DNA of 64,000 bases. It comes from Nitrosopumilus sp. Its GTDB lineage: Archaea > Thermoproteota > Nitrososphaeria > Nitrososphaerales > Nitrosopumilaceae. The notes below the pieces were generated by a model. That model was given only the letters and a program-made list of their open reading frames with translations, ran no database searches and was not told the origin of the DNA. The translations under genes were made by a program, and so were the position numbers. Positions 8,558 through 17,651 of this stretch are shown piece by piece. How positions within the stretch are numbered: position 1 is the stretch's first letter; every line of letters starts with the position of its first letter. Where the stretch lies: positions 608,001 through 672,000 of the forward strand of contig OZ243974.1 in assembly GCA_965214775.1 (NCBI GenBank), read 5' to 3'.

Positions 8558-10405
8558 TCAACCGCTTGATTCCATGTGTTTATGTGCCATGGTAATGTAT
8601 CCCAATAGCCCGTCTCTGTCTACTAATCTCACACCTGTGCTATCAGCCAGCGTGCGTGCTGCTTTTGTAAATCCCGAATTCGTGATCACCCATCCTTCAT
8701 CTGCGCCATAATGATTAAGACTTGCATGTACCTCTTGTATTGCCTTGTTGCCTACATTGTTGAAATGTCTTTTGGCTTGTACTGATATCGTTTTACCGTC
8801 TTTTTTCATAAGAAGATCACATCCAAAATCACCTGTTGCACGTGTCATTGTTACTTTGTAACCTAACTCTTCAAATATTTCTTTTAACAATACTTCGAAT
8901 TCATGACCTTCCATCACATCCATTCTCTCTGCGCCAAATCGAATTTGTGCCTCGTGCGCTATACGTTCACCCTCCTTTTTGTCGTGCATGTAAATTCCTA
9001 TTCCAATCACAAGTACGGCGCAGGCAATGCCCCAGATAACAAATCCAAGTGTATCATTAGAGAAAAAAACCACAACAGATAATACCCAAACAACAAATGA
9101 GGCGGCACATATTGCTGTCCCACGGCGTCCGTTCACTTGTTTCATATGGAAATTGGTTCCGCCCCTCATTAGCATCCTTCTCCACTCCTTCTGGATCCTT
9201 TTGTAGCGTTTGATGAACGCAGCTATGACGACAAGCAACAGAAATAAAACCACAATGATGAGAATCTCCGATCCGGTCTGAGGAGGCGGCTGTGCCGGCT
9301 GCGCCTGTGCAGGCTGTTGTACTGGTACACTGCCAGATGATACGGATCTTGCAGGCAAACCAGGTGCCGGCTGCGCCTGTGCAGGCTGTTGTACTGGTGC
9401 AGTTTTTACCGTAACTGTAAACTTTACTGAAGAGGTTTGTATACCATCAGACACAGATACCGTAAAGTCATGCCTGCCCACGTCGTTTGCTTCGGGAGTC
9501 CATTTTATCACTCCGGTGGATTGGTTTATGGTGGCTCTGCGTGGCGCGTTGTCCAAAGCGTATGTAAGTTTGTCACCATCACCATCCGTTGCCTTGACAG
9601 TATGCTCAAATGCATCCTGCGTGGTTATTGTTTGGTCTGCAATTAGGCTTGGTGACGGTGAGTTGTTAGTGGAAGGTGACTGCGTGGGTATGAGAAACTC
9701 AAAATCGGCTTTGGCTACAGTGCTCATGTAGTGTGCCTCCACCGTATAGGTGCCATCCGTCTTCCACAACGGCTTGTCTGTCAGTACATCAATGAGAAAT
9801 TCACCGTTGTCGACAATCAGCTGTTCTACACGAAGCATGCTGTCGTTCGGCGTCCTGATGATGACGGTCACATTGTTGTCATATGAATCGGTATGGGCGG
9901 TGATTACTTTTCCCGATATGGTTATCTGGTCTCCTAGATTGTATTTAGAACTGTCAGTCTCGACCGCCAGTGATATTGCCTGGGCGGGTGTAGGTGACTG
10001 CCTGTTGATGCTTGAGTATGCGGAGGGATCTTGTCTGACCTCAAAGGTAAGCTGACCCATGCTGCCACCGTCCTGATTCCGACCAGATACAATGTAAGTT
10101 CCCAATTGGGAATTGTAGTCAAGTGGCAAGGGGATCTCAAACATCCCATCAGAGCTTGTTGATATTTTATGCCTTTCCACCGAGTCATTCGGCGCCGTAA
10201 TGATGATCTCGACCTCCTGCCTGTAATCAAGATTAGTCCAGCCAGATATTTTTACAACTGTTTCCTTGTATTTCTCTACAAAGTACAGGTGAGGATCAAC
10301 TTCGATCCCGCCGTTTCTGGTTTCGACTACAACGGCAAATACCCCCGGCTGCCAAATACCAATGATGAGCAGGGTCACGCAAGCACAGGAAGTTATGCTA
10401 TACAT
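8558..10405 (-). CDS. Secreted Ig/cadherin-like domains + 3 TM helices + C-terminal Mrr-family restriction endonuclease
   Basis: Signal peptide; Ig-like repeats; cadherin/He_PIG-like ATDGDGDKLTY...GVIKWTP; duplicated PVQQPAQAQPA linker; three hydrophobic helices; Mrr_cat motifs EFEVLL, GDFGCDL, VQAKR, VITNSGFT. Confidence 0.85.
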   Translation of the reverse strand: MYSITSCACVTLLIIGIWQPGVFAVVVETRNGGIEVDPHLYFVEKYKETVVKISGWTNLDYRQEVEIIITAPNDSVERHKISTSSDGMFEIPLPLDYNSQLGTYIVSGRNQDGGSMGQLTFEVRQDPSAYSSINRQSPTPAQAISLAVETDSSKYNLGDQITISGKVITAHTDSYDNNVTVIIRTPNDSMLRVEQLIVDNGEFLIDVLTDKPLWKTDGTYTVEAHYMSTVAKADFEFLIPTQSPSTNNSPSPSLIADQTITTQDAFEHTVKATDGDGDKLTYALDNAPRRATINQSTGVIKWTPEANDVGRHDFTVSVSDGIQTSSVKFTVTVKTAPVQQPAQAQPAPGLPARSVSSGSVPVQQPAQAQPAQPPPQTGSEILIIVVLFLLLVVIAAFIKRYKRIQKEWRRMLMRGGTNFHMKQVNGRRGTAICAASFVVWVLSVVVFFSNDTLGFVIWGIACAVLVIGIGIYMHDKKEGERIAHEAQIRFGAERMDVMEGHEFEVLLKEIFEELGYKVTMTRATGDFGCDLLMKKDGKTISVQAKRHFNNVGNKAIQEVHASLNHYGADEGWVITNSGFTKAARTLADSTGVRLVDRDGLLGYITMAHKHMESSG

Positions 10406-10452
10406 TCATGGTGCAAATCAGCATGTGCATATATCATTTTTTGTATGTCCGG

Positions 10453-10558
10453 CTAAGTGAAATGCAAATGAGAATTGTTGTTTTTCCCTTGTTATTGAGA
10501 CGTCGTGTCTCCTGCCCAGTTTCTGTTTTTACTCGATTTTTTGGCACATTTCACTTAG
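10453..10558. repeat. MITE-like element with 12-bp terminal inverted repeats (ctaagtgaaatg / catttcacttag)
   Basis: Perfect inverted repeat at 10453-10464 and 10547-10558 in an intergenic region. Confidence 0.5.
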
Positions 10559-10683
10559 ATGTAGGGGGTGGCTTCGTACCGTGGTCTTGTTGTTGTCGCT
10601 CTTCCGGACTGCACCCGGGAATCGTGGGCCGCGTTGCCGGAAGACGCAACGGCCAGAAAAACAAAGAAAGGATTTAAGGGAAT

Positions 10684-10833
10684 TCAGACTGTAAACAGGC
10701 CCCGCTTGAACTCCTCCGTATCACGTATCATCCCGCAGTCCCTGCAGCACTGCCAGGAGCGGTGCCTGAGCAGCCTCAGCGGGGCGTCATAGCTTACAGA
10801 ATGCATTGCGCCGCCGCATCTGGGGCATTTCAT
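10684..10833 (-). CDS. Small zinc-ribbon protein (49 aa; in-frame GTG alternative start at 10851)
   Basis: Hand translation MKCPRCGGAMHSVSYDAPLRLLRHRSWQCCRDCGMIRDTEEFKRGLFTV with two CxxC pairs; below the ORF-track length cut-off. Confidence 0.7.
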   Translation of the reverse strand: MKCPRCGGAMHSVSYDAPLRLLRHRSWQCCRDCGMIRDTEEFKRGLFTV

Positions 10834-10892
10834 TGGAATTCTGACTATCACGGTTTCAAACGGGACATACGATAAAAGTCAGGAAAAAGCCA

Positions 10893-11543
10893 TCATGGCA
10901 GCAGCAGCGACGACACTACAACGCCCAAGACCACTGCTGCCGTCATGAACGGGAATGCGGGCATTGCCCATGTCACAAACACGTCGCGGCGCGTCTCGTA
11001 CTCCGAATCCGGGTCAGGCGTTCCAAGGTCGATCATCCTCTGCCCCGACTCTGATTTCTCCGCACAGAACGTGAACCGCTCATGCTGCCGCCTCCTGTGC
11101 ACCGAATAAAACGCCGCGGCCTTGACGTGCCATGGCGCATCGACGCCCGCATAGAGCCTGCGATGATACAGGTCCTCCAGGTTGTACCGCAGGTTGTAAA
11201 ACAGCGCGGCCACGTGCTCCAGTACCAGGCCCCCGAGGAACATTGCGGCGGGATTCATCACCCCGAACGACACGGGACACACCACGCAGCTGGACAGTAT
11301 GGCAAGCACGTCGGCCTCGCCCATCGGGAAGAGCCTCCATGCCAGGAGGGCCAGCGCCCCTCCCACCCCCATCGAGAACAGCACAAAGGAGTCCACCGCA
11401 CTCCAGTCAAGCACGTATAATGCGGCTCCGGCGGCCCCTCCCACTATCCAGATATGGTCCGGGATCTCCCGCGTCCGGACATCGTGATACGAGGCGGCCC
11501 CGAGCATCGCAAGCAGCATGGCAAGGCGCAGCATCTCCAGCAT
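10893..11543 (-). CDS. Prepilin/prearchaellin peptidase (A24 family, PibD/FlaK-like)
   Basis: Catalytic Asp motifs YHDVRTREIPD and MGEADV; multi-TM; C-terminal VTWAMPAFP. Confidence 0.88.
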   Translation of the reverse strand: MLEMLRLAMLLAMLGAASYHDVRTREIPDHIWIVGGAAGAALYVLDWSAVDSFVLFSMGVGGALALLAWRLFPMGEADVLAILSSCVVCPVSFGVMNPAAMFLGGLVLEHVAALFYNLRYNLEDLYHRRLYAGVDAPWHVKAAAFYSVHRRRQHERFTFCAEKSESGQRMIDLGTPDPDSEYETRRDVFVTWAMPAFPFMTAAVVLGVVVSSLLLP

Positions 11544-11626
11544 ACACGCAAGCTGCAGGCGGCATAAAAGCGATCCGTTGCAGGCAGACGGTTTCAGTCC
11601 ATGTGGATCGGCTCCGGCCCGCCGGT

Positions 11627-12175
11627 CTAAAGCCCGGATATGATATCGTGTAGCTCGCGTATCACGACATCATGCCTTTCAAGCCGCTTCATGGTGGGCC
11701 CCCTGAGCGCGATTATCTGCCTGCCGACGTGTGTCGCAAACCCGCTGCGGCACATCCTGCTCGTCGTGTTCCGTATTGACTTTCTGGAGTATATCCTGGC
11801 AAGCTGCTCTACCAGCTCGTATGAGGGGTAGAGCAGCCTCGTCCTGTTCTTGGCCTGGTACGCATTCACCACGTATGCCTCAGTCAGTATGCACATGCAC
11901 AGAAACGAGACGCCTAGGATGCCGCGCAGGACGCATATCCTGCCTGTGCGGGTAAGCTGGTACCGTCTGCCGGGCGTACCGTCTGCCTTTTCCAAAAGGC
12001 CCTTTTTGACCTGCTTTGATACAAAGTCATACATGTTGCTGCCGTCGTCTCCTGGCATGTCGCGCGTGCTGAGCTTTTTGTGCGGATAGAACCTGGCCAG
12101 TAGATCCGTCCTCCTGCTACCTGTCTTTTGCCTGTTTTTTGCCAGGTGCATCAGCCTGCTGCGCGCATCGGTCAT
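11627..12175 (-). CDS. Basic hypothetical protein, probable tandem winged-helix DNA-binding domains
   Basis: KKGLLEK...YQLTRTG wing motif; cotranscribed downstream of the ParB-like gene. Confidence 0.55.
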   Translation of the reverse strand: MTDARSRLMHLAKNRQKTGSRRTDLLARFYPHKKLSTRDMPGDDGSNMYDFVSKQVKKGLLEKADGTPGRRYQLTRTGRICVLRGILGVSFLCMCILTEAYVVNAYQAKNRTRLLYPSYELVEQLARIYSRKSIRNTTSRMCRSGFATHVGRQIIALRGPTMKRLERHDVVIRELHDIISGL

Positions 12176-12381
12176 GGCAACAGCCCTACCTTCTGGGCAG
12201 CTTGGCAGACGTCACTATCGCGAACCTGGCCTCCCTCATCTCTGGCCTCTTGAGGGCGGCCCTGAGTTTTTCTACGGAGGAGTACTTGTAGACCGAGAGT
12301 TTCCCGTTTTCGGCGCCCAGAAACTTTGAGACGCCGCGGGGGAGCGCCGATACCGGGGCCCCCTTGTCGCCCACAAGCGAG

Positions 12382-13434
12382 TGTCTTATACAGAAATTAG
12401 GTCCGCCTAAGATAAGGCGTACGATCGCTGACTATTTCAGGCTGTACCGATCAGATAAAGACATGACAAGAAAGATGTCGGACAAAGAGATCAGGTATAT
12501 CGTCAAGGGACGTAATGCCGGAAAGAGCGCCACGTCGCTGGCCCGTGACATGAAGGTGACGCCACGGCACGTGAGGAGGATTTACGCCAGGTACCGCCGG
12601 ACCGGAAAGATGCATGTGCAACAAAAGGCTGGAAGAAAGGCCGCACCGCAGCCCGCGGCAGGCCAGGTGCAGGCAGTCTTGGACATGCACTGTATAGAGC
12701 ACGTGGGCGTGATGCGCACTGCCATGCGCCTGCAGGATGCAGGTCACATTATAAGCTACAACAGCGTATATCGGATAATGAAGGAGCAGGGACTCGTTGC
12801 CGCATCAGATACCAAGTCGGGCCAAAAGAAATGGCTGCGCTATGAGCGCAAGTACTCCAACGCAATGTGGCACGTGGACTGGCACGAAATGAAGGATCCA
12901 CGCCTGAGAGGGCTCAAATTAGTCACGTTTTTGGACGATTCCTCCCGGTGTGTCACGGCGGCACGGACGTTTGCAGATGCCACATCAGAAAACGTGGTGA
13001 TAACACTCAGGGAGGCCATAGGCAGGTTTGGCAAGCCGGCCACCATACTGTCTGACAACGGCAGGTGTTTCAACGGCGGCCGCAGCAAGAAGAACATGCC
13101 ACGCGGGACGTGGACGCCGACTGCCTTTGAGGCCGAGCTGCTGGATCGGGGCATCGGGCTGATAAACTCCAGGCCGTACCATCCGGAGACCAACGGCAAG
13201 TTGGAACGGTTCCACGGCAGCATAGAGGCTGAGATCCGCCACTATGAGAGCTTGGATGCATACATCAAGTATTACAACGAGCGCAGGCTACACTTTGGGC
13301 TGGACATAGCCCACCGCCAGACACCCATCATGGCGTTCTCGGACAAAACTGCCACAGAAGCGATCAGGAAATCCGACCCAAAATGGATGGAGAGGGACAT
13401 CAATGAATAGCGGACATTATTTCCATATAACACA
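12382..13434 (+). mobile_element. IS481-family insertion sequence, 1053 bp, 25-bp imperfect TIRs, 15-bp target-site duplication
   Basis: TGT...ACA ends; TIRs 12382-12406 and 13410-13434 (20/25 match); direct repeat tcgcccacaagcgag at 12367-12381 and 13435-13449. Confidence 0.93.
12463..13410 (+). CDS. IS481-family DDE transposase (rve integrase core)
   Basis: WHVDW, FLDDSSR, ILSDNG, RPYHPETNGKLERF, YNERRLH motifs; N-terminal HTH. Confidence 0.93.
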   Translation: MTRKMSDKEIRYIVKGRNAGKSATSLARDMKVTPRHVRRIYARYRRTGKMHVQQKAGRKAAPQPAAGQVQAVLDMHCIEHVGVMRTAMRLQDAGHIISYNSVYRIMKEQGLVAASDTKSGQKKWLRYERKYSNAMWHVDWHEMKDPRLRGLKLVTFLDDSSRCVTAARTFADATSENVVITLREAIGRFGKPATILSDNGRCFNGGRSKKNMPRGTWTPTAFEAELLDRGIGLINSRPYHPETNGKLERFHGSIEAEIRHYESLDAYIKYYNERRLHFGLDIAHRQTPIMAFSDKTATEAIRKSDPKWMERDINE

Positions 13435-14360
13435 TCGCCCACAAGCGAGTACGTCGAGTGCATCTCAGTCGCGTCAAAGAGCCGCCCGGTCTTTTTGTGT
13501 ATGACCATGTCGGAGGTGACGTCCTTTCTGGAGATGAATATCAGGTTCGGATCATCGGCGATGAACCTTTCTGCGTTCCTTACGGTCTCCCTGTCCGGCT
13601 TTTTCTTGTCCTCCCCCTCCTTGGACGCTATGCGCTCCTCGGCGGCAACCGTGTCCTTCTTCCTTTCAAAGTCGATCAGGAGGGTCTCTACTGCATCCGG
13701 CGCGGGCCATGCGGACTTTGCGGCGGACCTTATCTTGGGTACCGTATACGAGGCAATCTCGGCGGCGGCTGCCTCCTGCTCCCCTGGATCTATCCTTGCG
13801 ATCTTTGTGATGTAATACGTGGGAATCACGACGCTGGAAAGGCTGCCCGATACCTGGTCTGCCATGTTCAGGAGTACGCCTTTTGCCCCCTCGCCGATGT
13901 CTGCATGGAGCGCGTCAAGGAGTTCCGGCCGCTTGTCTAGCCACAGGATCCCGTCTATTGCGGCCCTCTTGACTCCGGACTTTTCCATAAAGTCGGCCAC
14001 ATAGTGAAGCCTCAGCGGATCCACGGCCTGGGGGGTAAAGCTCCTGTGGACGTTATCGGTTATCATCTCGACGATGGAGGGGTGGTCGGTTATCACCGCC
14101 CGGATGGCGCGGATCCCGGCCCTCTTCATTGCGGCGACTGACTCAAAGTCGTTCATCACGTACAGCTCCCCGTCCACCCTGCCAAGCAGTACGGGGGGAA
14201 TCTTCCCGGGACTGTTCCTGGCAACGCCCGTCAGGATGTCTGTCAGCTTCCTGGATGTGTTGCGTATGTGTACGGGCATGTCCTTGATCCGGGACAGGCT
14301 GACCTCCTCCTCCTCTGCCATGACCTGATCCGGGCTCTGGACGCTTTGCATGCGCGGCAT

Positions 14361-15071
14361 CTAGCGGACCCCCATCTCGCTCACCGTGAGCCGTACGGCC
14401 TTGACTTCCCTGCTTGTGCTGCCCCCGAGTATGGCAAAGTTCCTCAGTACCCGGTTCTTGAACCTGTCATACCCGTCGGGATCATCCTCGAAGTGCTTGC
14501 GCTTTGATGACATCTCCTGGTTCAGCCGGTACTCCACGGATTGTCCGTCGTTCGTGTCGACTCCAAGCCTCACGGCGTCCTCGTGCATCTCGGATATGAC
14601 GCCGAGCATCTTTGGCGTCTTTTTGACGCACAGGACGACGGATATGGCCTCCCGTATGTCCTTTTCTGGTACGAACTGGCAGGACTCCCTGCATGCGACG
14701 TATATGGCAAAGGCCGCGCACTTTGCCCTGGTATGGTGCGTTCTTGCGTGCAGCGTGTCGTATATATTCCACGCCCTGTGGCGTATGTGCTCCACGAGCC
14801 CCAGCTTGCTGCATATGTTTGAAAAGTCAGACGAGTTCCGCGGGTTGCCGATGTGGATGTTCCGGTTGATCACCTTCATGTCCCCGGGATCCCCGCCGCT
14901 CTCCACCTGGTGGTACAGCATGGGCCTGCTCTCCGATGTCACGCACGACCTGTCCGGAATCCTCTCCTCCAGCACGACGCCGCACCTGCAGACGGACTCG
15001 CCGTCGTACGTAGTCACGATCCTGGAGGGATCGTCGTGGCGGCATGTGATTATGAGGCCGTATCGCTGCAT
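14361..15071 (-). CDS. Truncated transcription initiation factor IIB (TFB) paralogue
   Basis: Zn ribbon CRH...GESVCRCGVVLEE; first cyclin repeat FSNICSKLGL...AAFAIYVACRE; only about 60 aa follow, so no complete second repeat. Confidence 0.8.
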   Translation of the reverse strand: MQRYGLIITCRHDDPSRIVTTYDGESVCRCGVVLEERIPDRSCVTSESRPMLYHQVESGGDPGDMKVINRNIHIGNPRNSSDFSNICSKLGLVEHIRHRAWNIYDTLHARTHHTRAKCAAFAIYVACRESCQFVPEKDIREAISVVLCVKKTPKMLGVISEMHEDAVRLGVDTNDGQSVEYRLNQEMSSKRKHFEDDPDGYDRFKNRVLRNFAILGGSTSREVKAVRLTVSEMGVR

Positions 15072-15073
15072 AT

Positions 15074-15094
15074 CGTACCGTAATTTACGGTACG
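15074..15094. promoter_or_regulatory. Palindromic operator cgtaccgtaa-t-ttacggtacg between TATA box and start of the TFB-like gene
   Basis: Perfect 10-bp inverted repeat; second copy at 42490-42510. Confidence 0.7.
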
Positions 15095-15219
15095 GATCTA
15101 TTTATCTTGGCTGGAAAGTATGCCGAATGGATCAACCGTTTGGATCAACCGTCATGCCCGGCCGTCCGGCGGCAGGCAGCTGCCGCGGCGGTTTTTAACG
15201 TATGCGGGCATGAAGGGAC

Positions 15220-15480
15220 ATGCCGGAAGGGGCTCCGATCAAGGCAAGGCTGGGAAGAAACGCCTGCATACTGTGTGCGGGGAGCAGCGCCATATCCGTC
15301 GAGTTTGCAAGGCTTCAAAAGTCGCTTGAGATCCCGTACGGGAGCATGCGGTGCGTCCAGACATGGGATGACAGGCTGCTGATCAATGCATTTGACAAAA
15401 GGCCCGTCCTGTACGTGTTCAGGCTTACCGGCGCAAAAAAGATGTACGACACGATTCGGTCAAGGCTTGATGCCGAGTGA
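15220..15480 (+). CDS. Small hypothetical protein, possible PH-like fold
   Basis: TTTTTAA box upstream; beta-rich pattern with C-terminal helix. Confidence 0.55.
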   Translation: MPEGAPIKARLGRNACILCAGSSAISVEFARLQKSLEIPYGSMRCVQTWDDRLLINAFDKRPVLYVFRLTGAKKMYDTIRSRLDAE

Positions 15481-15759
15481 GTCAAGCGTACCGCGAAGCC
15501 TCTTGTAGTGTCTGGTCCGGAACTCGAATGTATGTTCTGACCCGTCCTCCTCCCAGTGCATCCTGCACCGCTCCTCGAAGACTCCCCCCAACGACGCGGT
15601 CTTCTTCAGGGTATATAGTGGCACAAAGTCAAGATAGATTCCGCGCCGGTGCACCTCGTATGCCACTGCCATGTTGGTCACACATAGTGTGCCTGCGCCA
15701 AACTCGGAGCTTGCAGGTATGCGGAGAAGGACCCTCTCTCCCATGTCTCTGCGCGGCAC
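15460..15759 (-). CDS. Small hypothetical protein, possible PH/GRAM-like fold
   Basis: GTLCVTN motif; directly downstream of the VirB6-like gene. Confidence 0.55.
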   Translation of the reverse strand: MPRRDMGERVLLRIPASSEFGAGTLCVTNMAVAYEVHRRGIYLDFVPLYTLKKTASLGGVFEERCRMHWEEDGSEHTFEFRTRHYKRLRGTLDSLGIKP

Positions 15760-15761
15760 TA

Positions 15762-17585
15762 TCAGGATTCGTCCCCGTCCATGGTCATCCGTCCTGCCCC
15801 GACCGGGTGCCTCCCTATCTGGCGGGTTACCTCGTCGTCAAATTTTTTTCTTGCTTCCGGCGGCGCGCCGTCAAGTCCGGCGTCCCTGCGGGCAGAGTCA
15901 AGAAACCTCTCCCTTGCGTCGGGGTCGTCCGTCATGGACCGTCCGGCATCAAGGGGTCGGGCGTTGTGTATCATGGCGTTGAGCGATTCTCCCGGGTTCA
16001 CCAGCGTATTGTCTTCGAATACGTGCGGGGCCACCGCGCGCTCTGCTGACTCCATCTTTCTGGTGACTTCCCTTGCCGCGCTGCCCGCAAGCGCGTCATA
16101 TGCGGCATTCTGTATGCGCGCGTCGCCGCCGTGGATCATCTGGCCCGATACGCCTGATGCCGCAGATCCCATGCCCATCTGCTGTGTCGCCGACTGGACC
16201 ATTCCGGAGCCAAGCCCGCCGACGAGCCCGGCGGCTCCCGCCATGCCGTACACCTTGATCCTGTCCAGCACGGACATCCTGCCCAGACTGGCGCCGGATG
16301 TGGCAGTCCCGACAGAGGCGGAGCTGAACCCGCTTCCGGCAGAGCCTGCCACCGCCCCCGAGGCCGCCCCGCCCACGATACCCGACACCCCCTGCATGGC
16401 AGCAGAGGCCTGCCCCGCCCCGTGCGTTATCCCGCGCAGCGCCCCCGATCCTGCCACGCTTGCAGACGTCATCGATGAGGATACCATGCTGCCCACCTTT
16501 GTTGAAAGGTTTCCAAGCATCGGGGAGAGCATGACGGGGAAGAATACTGCCAGAAATCCCACGCTCAGCAGCTGAAACCACATGCGCAGCGGCGGCAGCT
16601 CCTGCGAGTCTATGGTGGAGATGCCGACTGAGAGAACCAGTGCGGACATTATCGGGGCCATGGCAAGCCCTACCAGGTTCTGCTGGAACATTGCAGAGAT
16701 CCTGCCCGTGTTTATCCACGGGATCAGGCCTATTGCGGTGACCAGGGGGAAAGCGACTATGATTATCTCGGTGAGCATCACCCGCACCGCGGAGAGCACG
16801 AACATCATGGCAGTCATGAACATCACGGCAAACCCCTTGAAGAGCGACAGTATGACGTTTACAAGCAGATCCTCGCCAAACAGCGGATTCTGGAGAGACT
16901 CGTTCCACGACTCTAGGTCCAGCGTGCCGTCGCGGTCGTACCCGCCGACGTCATCAAATATCCCCACGGGATCCACGGATGTCGTGCCGTCTATGCTGCA
17001 TGCCACCGACCCCATTAAACACCACAGTCTGGCGGTCCTGGAATGCGGGTCGCCGCCGAACGGATCCATCAGGTACAGCGAGGAGGACTCTATGACCAGC
17101 GCGACCGTATCCCACAGGTACGGCAGCACCAGGTATATCGGAATTAAAATGACAAGCTTTGCAAGCATCCCGTATGCCGTGCCGGGCCGGACCAGGTTGA
17201 ACTCCTCAAAAAAGTACGATACGCCTGCAAGCATGATCAGTACCACGAATATCCCCATGGCTATCTTTACCATGAGGCCGTACATCGCAATGGAGGGGAA
17301 CAGCTCCGCAAACTCTTGCTCCGACAGGACTGTAGAGTCGCTGATGGCAAGCTCCCCGGAGTCAAGTATTGGAACGTACTGCGGAACCCTGGTGCCGTCA
17401 TCCGTATAGTGGAATATCGTGGGCATGTCGGCAAGCAGGTCCGGGACCATCGGGCCCCCCACGCCCACGAACAACTGCGATATGGCAATCATCGACGAGA
17501 ATATCAGGATTCCCATGCCTAGCATGAGCGGCATCGTAAAGAGAAAGCCGCGCCGCCTGCGGTGCATCAGGGTGTGGAAGGACAC
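15762..17585 (-). CDS. virB6: VirB6/TrbL-like polytopic conjugation membrane protein
   Basis: About 8 TM helices followed by an Ala/Gly/Ser-rich tail; T4SS context. Confidence 0.72.
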   Translation of the reverse strand: MSFHTLMHRRRRGFLFTMPLMLGMGILIFSSMIAISQLFVGVGGPMVPDLLADMPTIFHYTDDGTRVPQYVPILDSGELAISDSTVLSEQEFAELFPSIAMYGLMVKIAMGIFVVLIMLAGVSYFFEEFNLVRPGTAYGMLAKLVILIPIYLVLPYLWDTVALVIESSSLYLMDPFGGDPHSRTARLWCLMGSVACSIDGTTSVDPVGIFDDVGGYDRDGTLDLESWNESLQNPLFGEDLLVNVILSLFKGFAVMFMTAMMFVLSAVRVMLTEIIIVAFPLVTAIGLIPWINTGRISAMFQQNLVGLAMAPIMSALVLSVGISTIDSQELPPLRMWFQLLSVGFLAVFFPVMLSPMLGNLSTKVGSMVSSSMTSASVAGSGALRGITHGAGQASAAMQGVSGIVGGAASGAVAGSAGSGFSSASVGTATSGASLGRMSVLDRIKVYGMAGAAGLVGGLGSGMVQSATQQMGMGSAASGVSGQMIHGGDARIQNAAYDALAGSAAREVTRKMESAERAVAPHVFEDNTLVNPGESLNAMIHNARPLDAGRSMTDDPDARERFLDSARRDAGLDGAPPEARKKFDDEVTRQIGRHPVGAGRMTMDGDES

Positions 17586-17651
17586 ATACCCATAATCCCG
17601 GCGTCATTTAAGACGCATGTCCGGCTTTTATGACGGACGTGTTTTGACTGT

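Larger units (their letters stand above)
12186..14360 (-). pseudogene. ParB/Srx-like protein gene interrupted by an IS481-family element (368 aa when rejoined)
   Basis: N-terminal IPPVLL...LYVMND...AAMKRAGIRAIRAVI. Removing the IS and one TSD copy joins 14360-13435 to 12366-12186 in frame (…YSLVGD|KGAPVS…). Confidence 0.75.

Noticed and set aside
15781-17409. Long antisense and alternate-frame ORFs here and over 33372-41194
   Set aside because: Shadow ORFs caused by high GC opposite well-supported genes.
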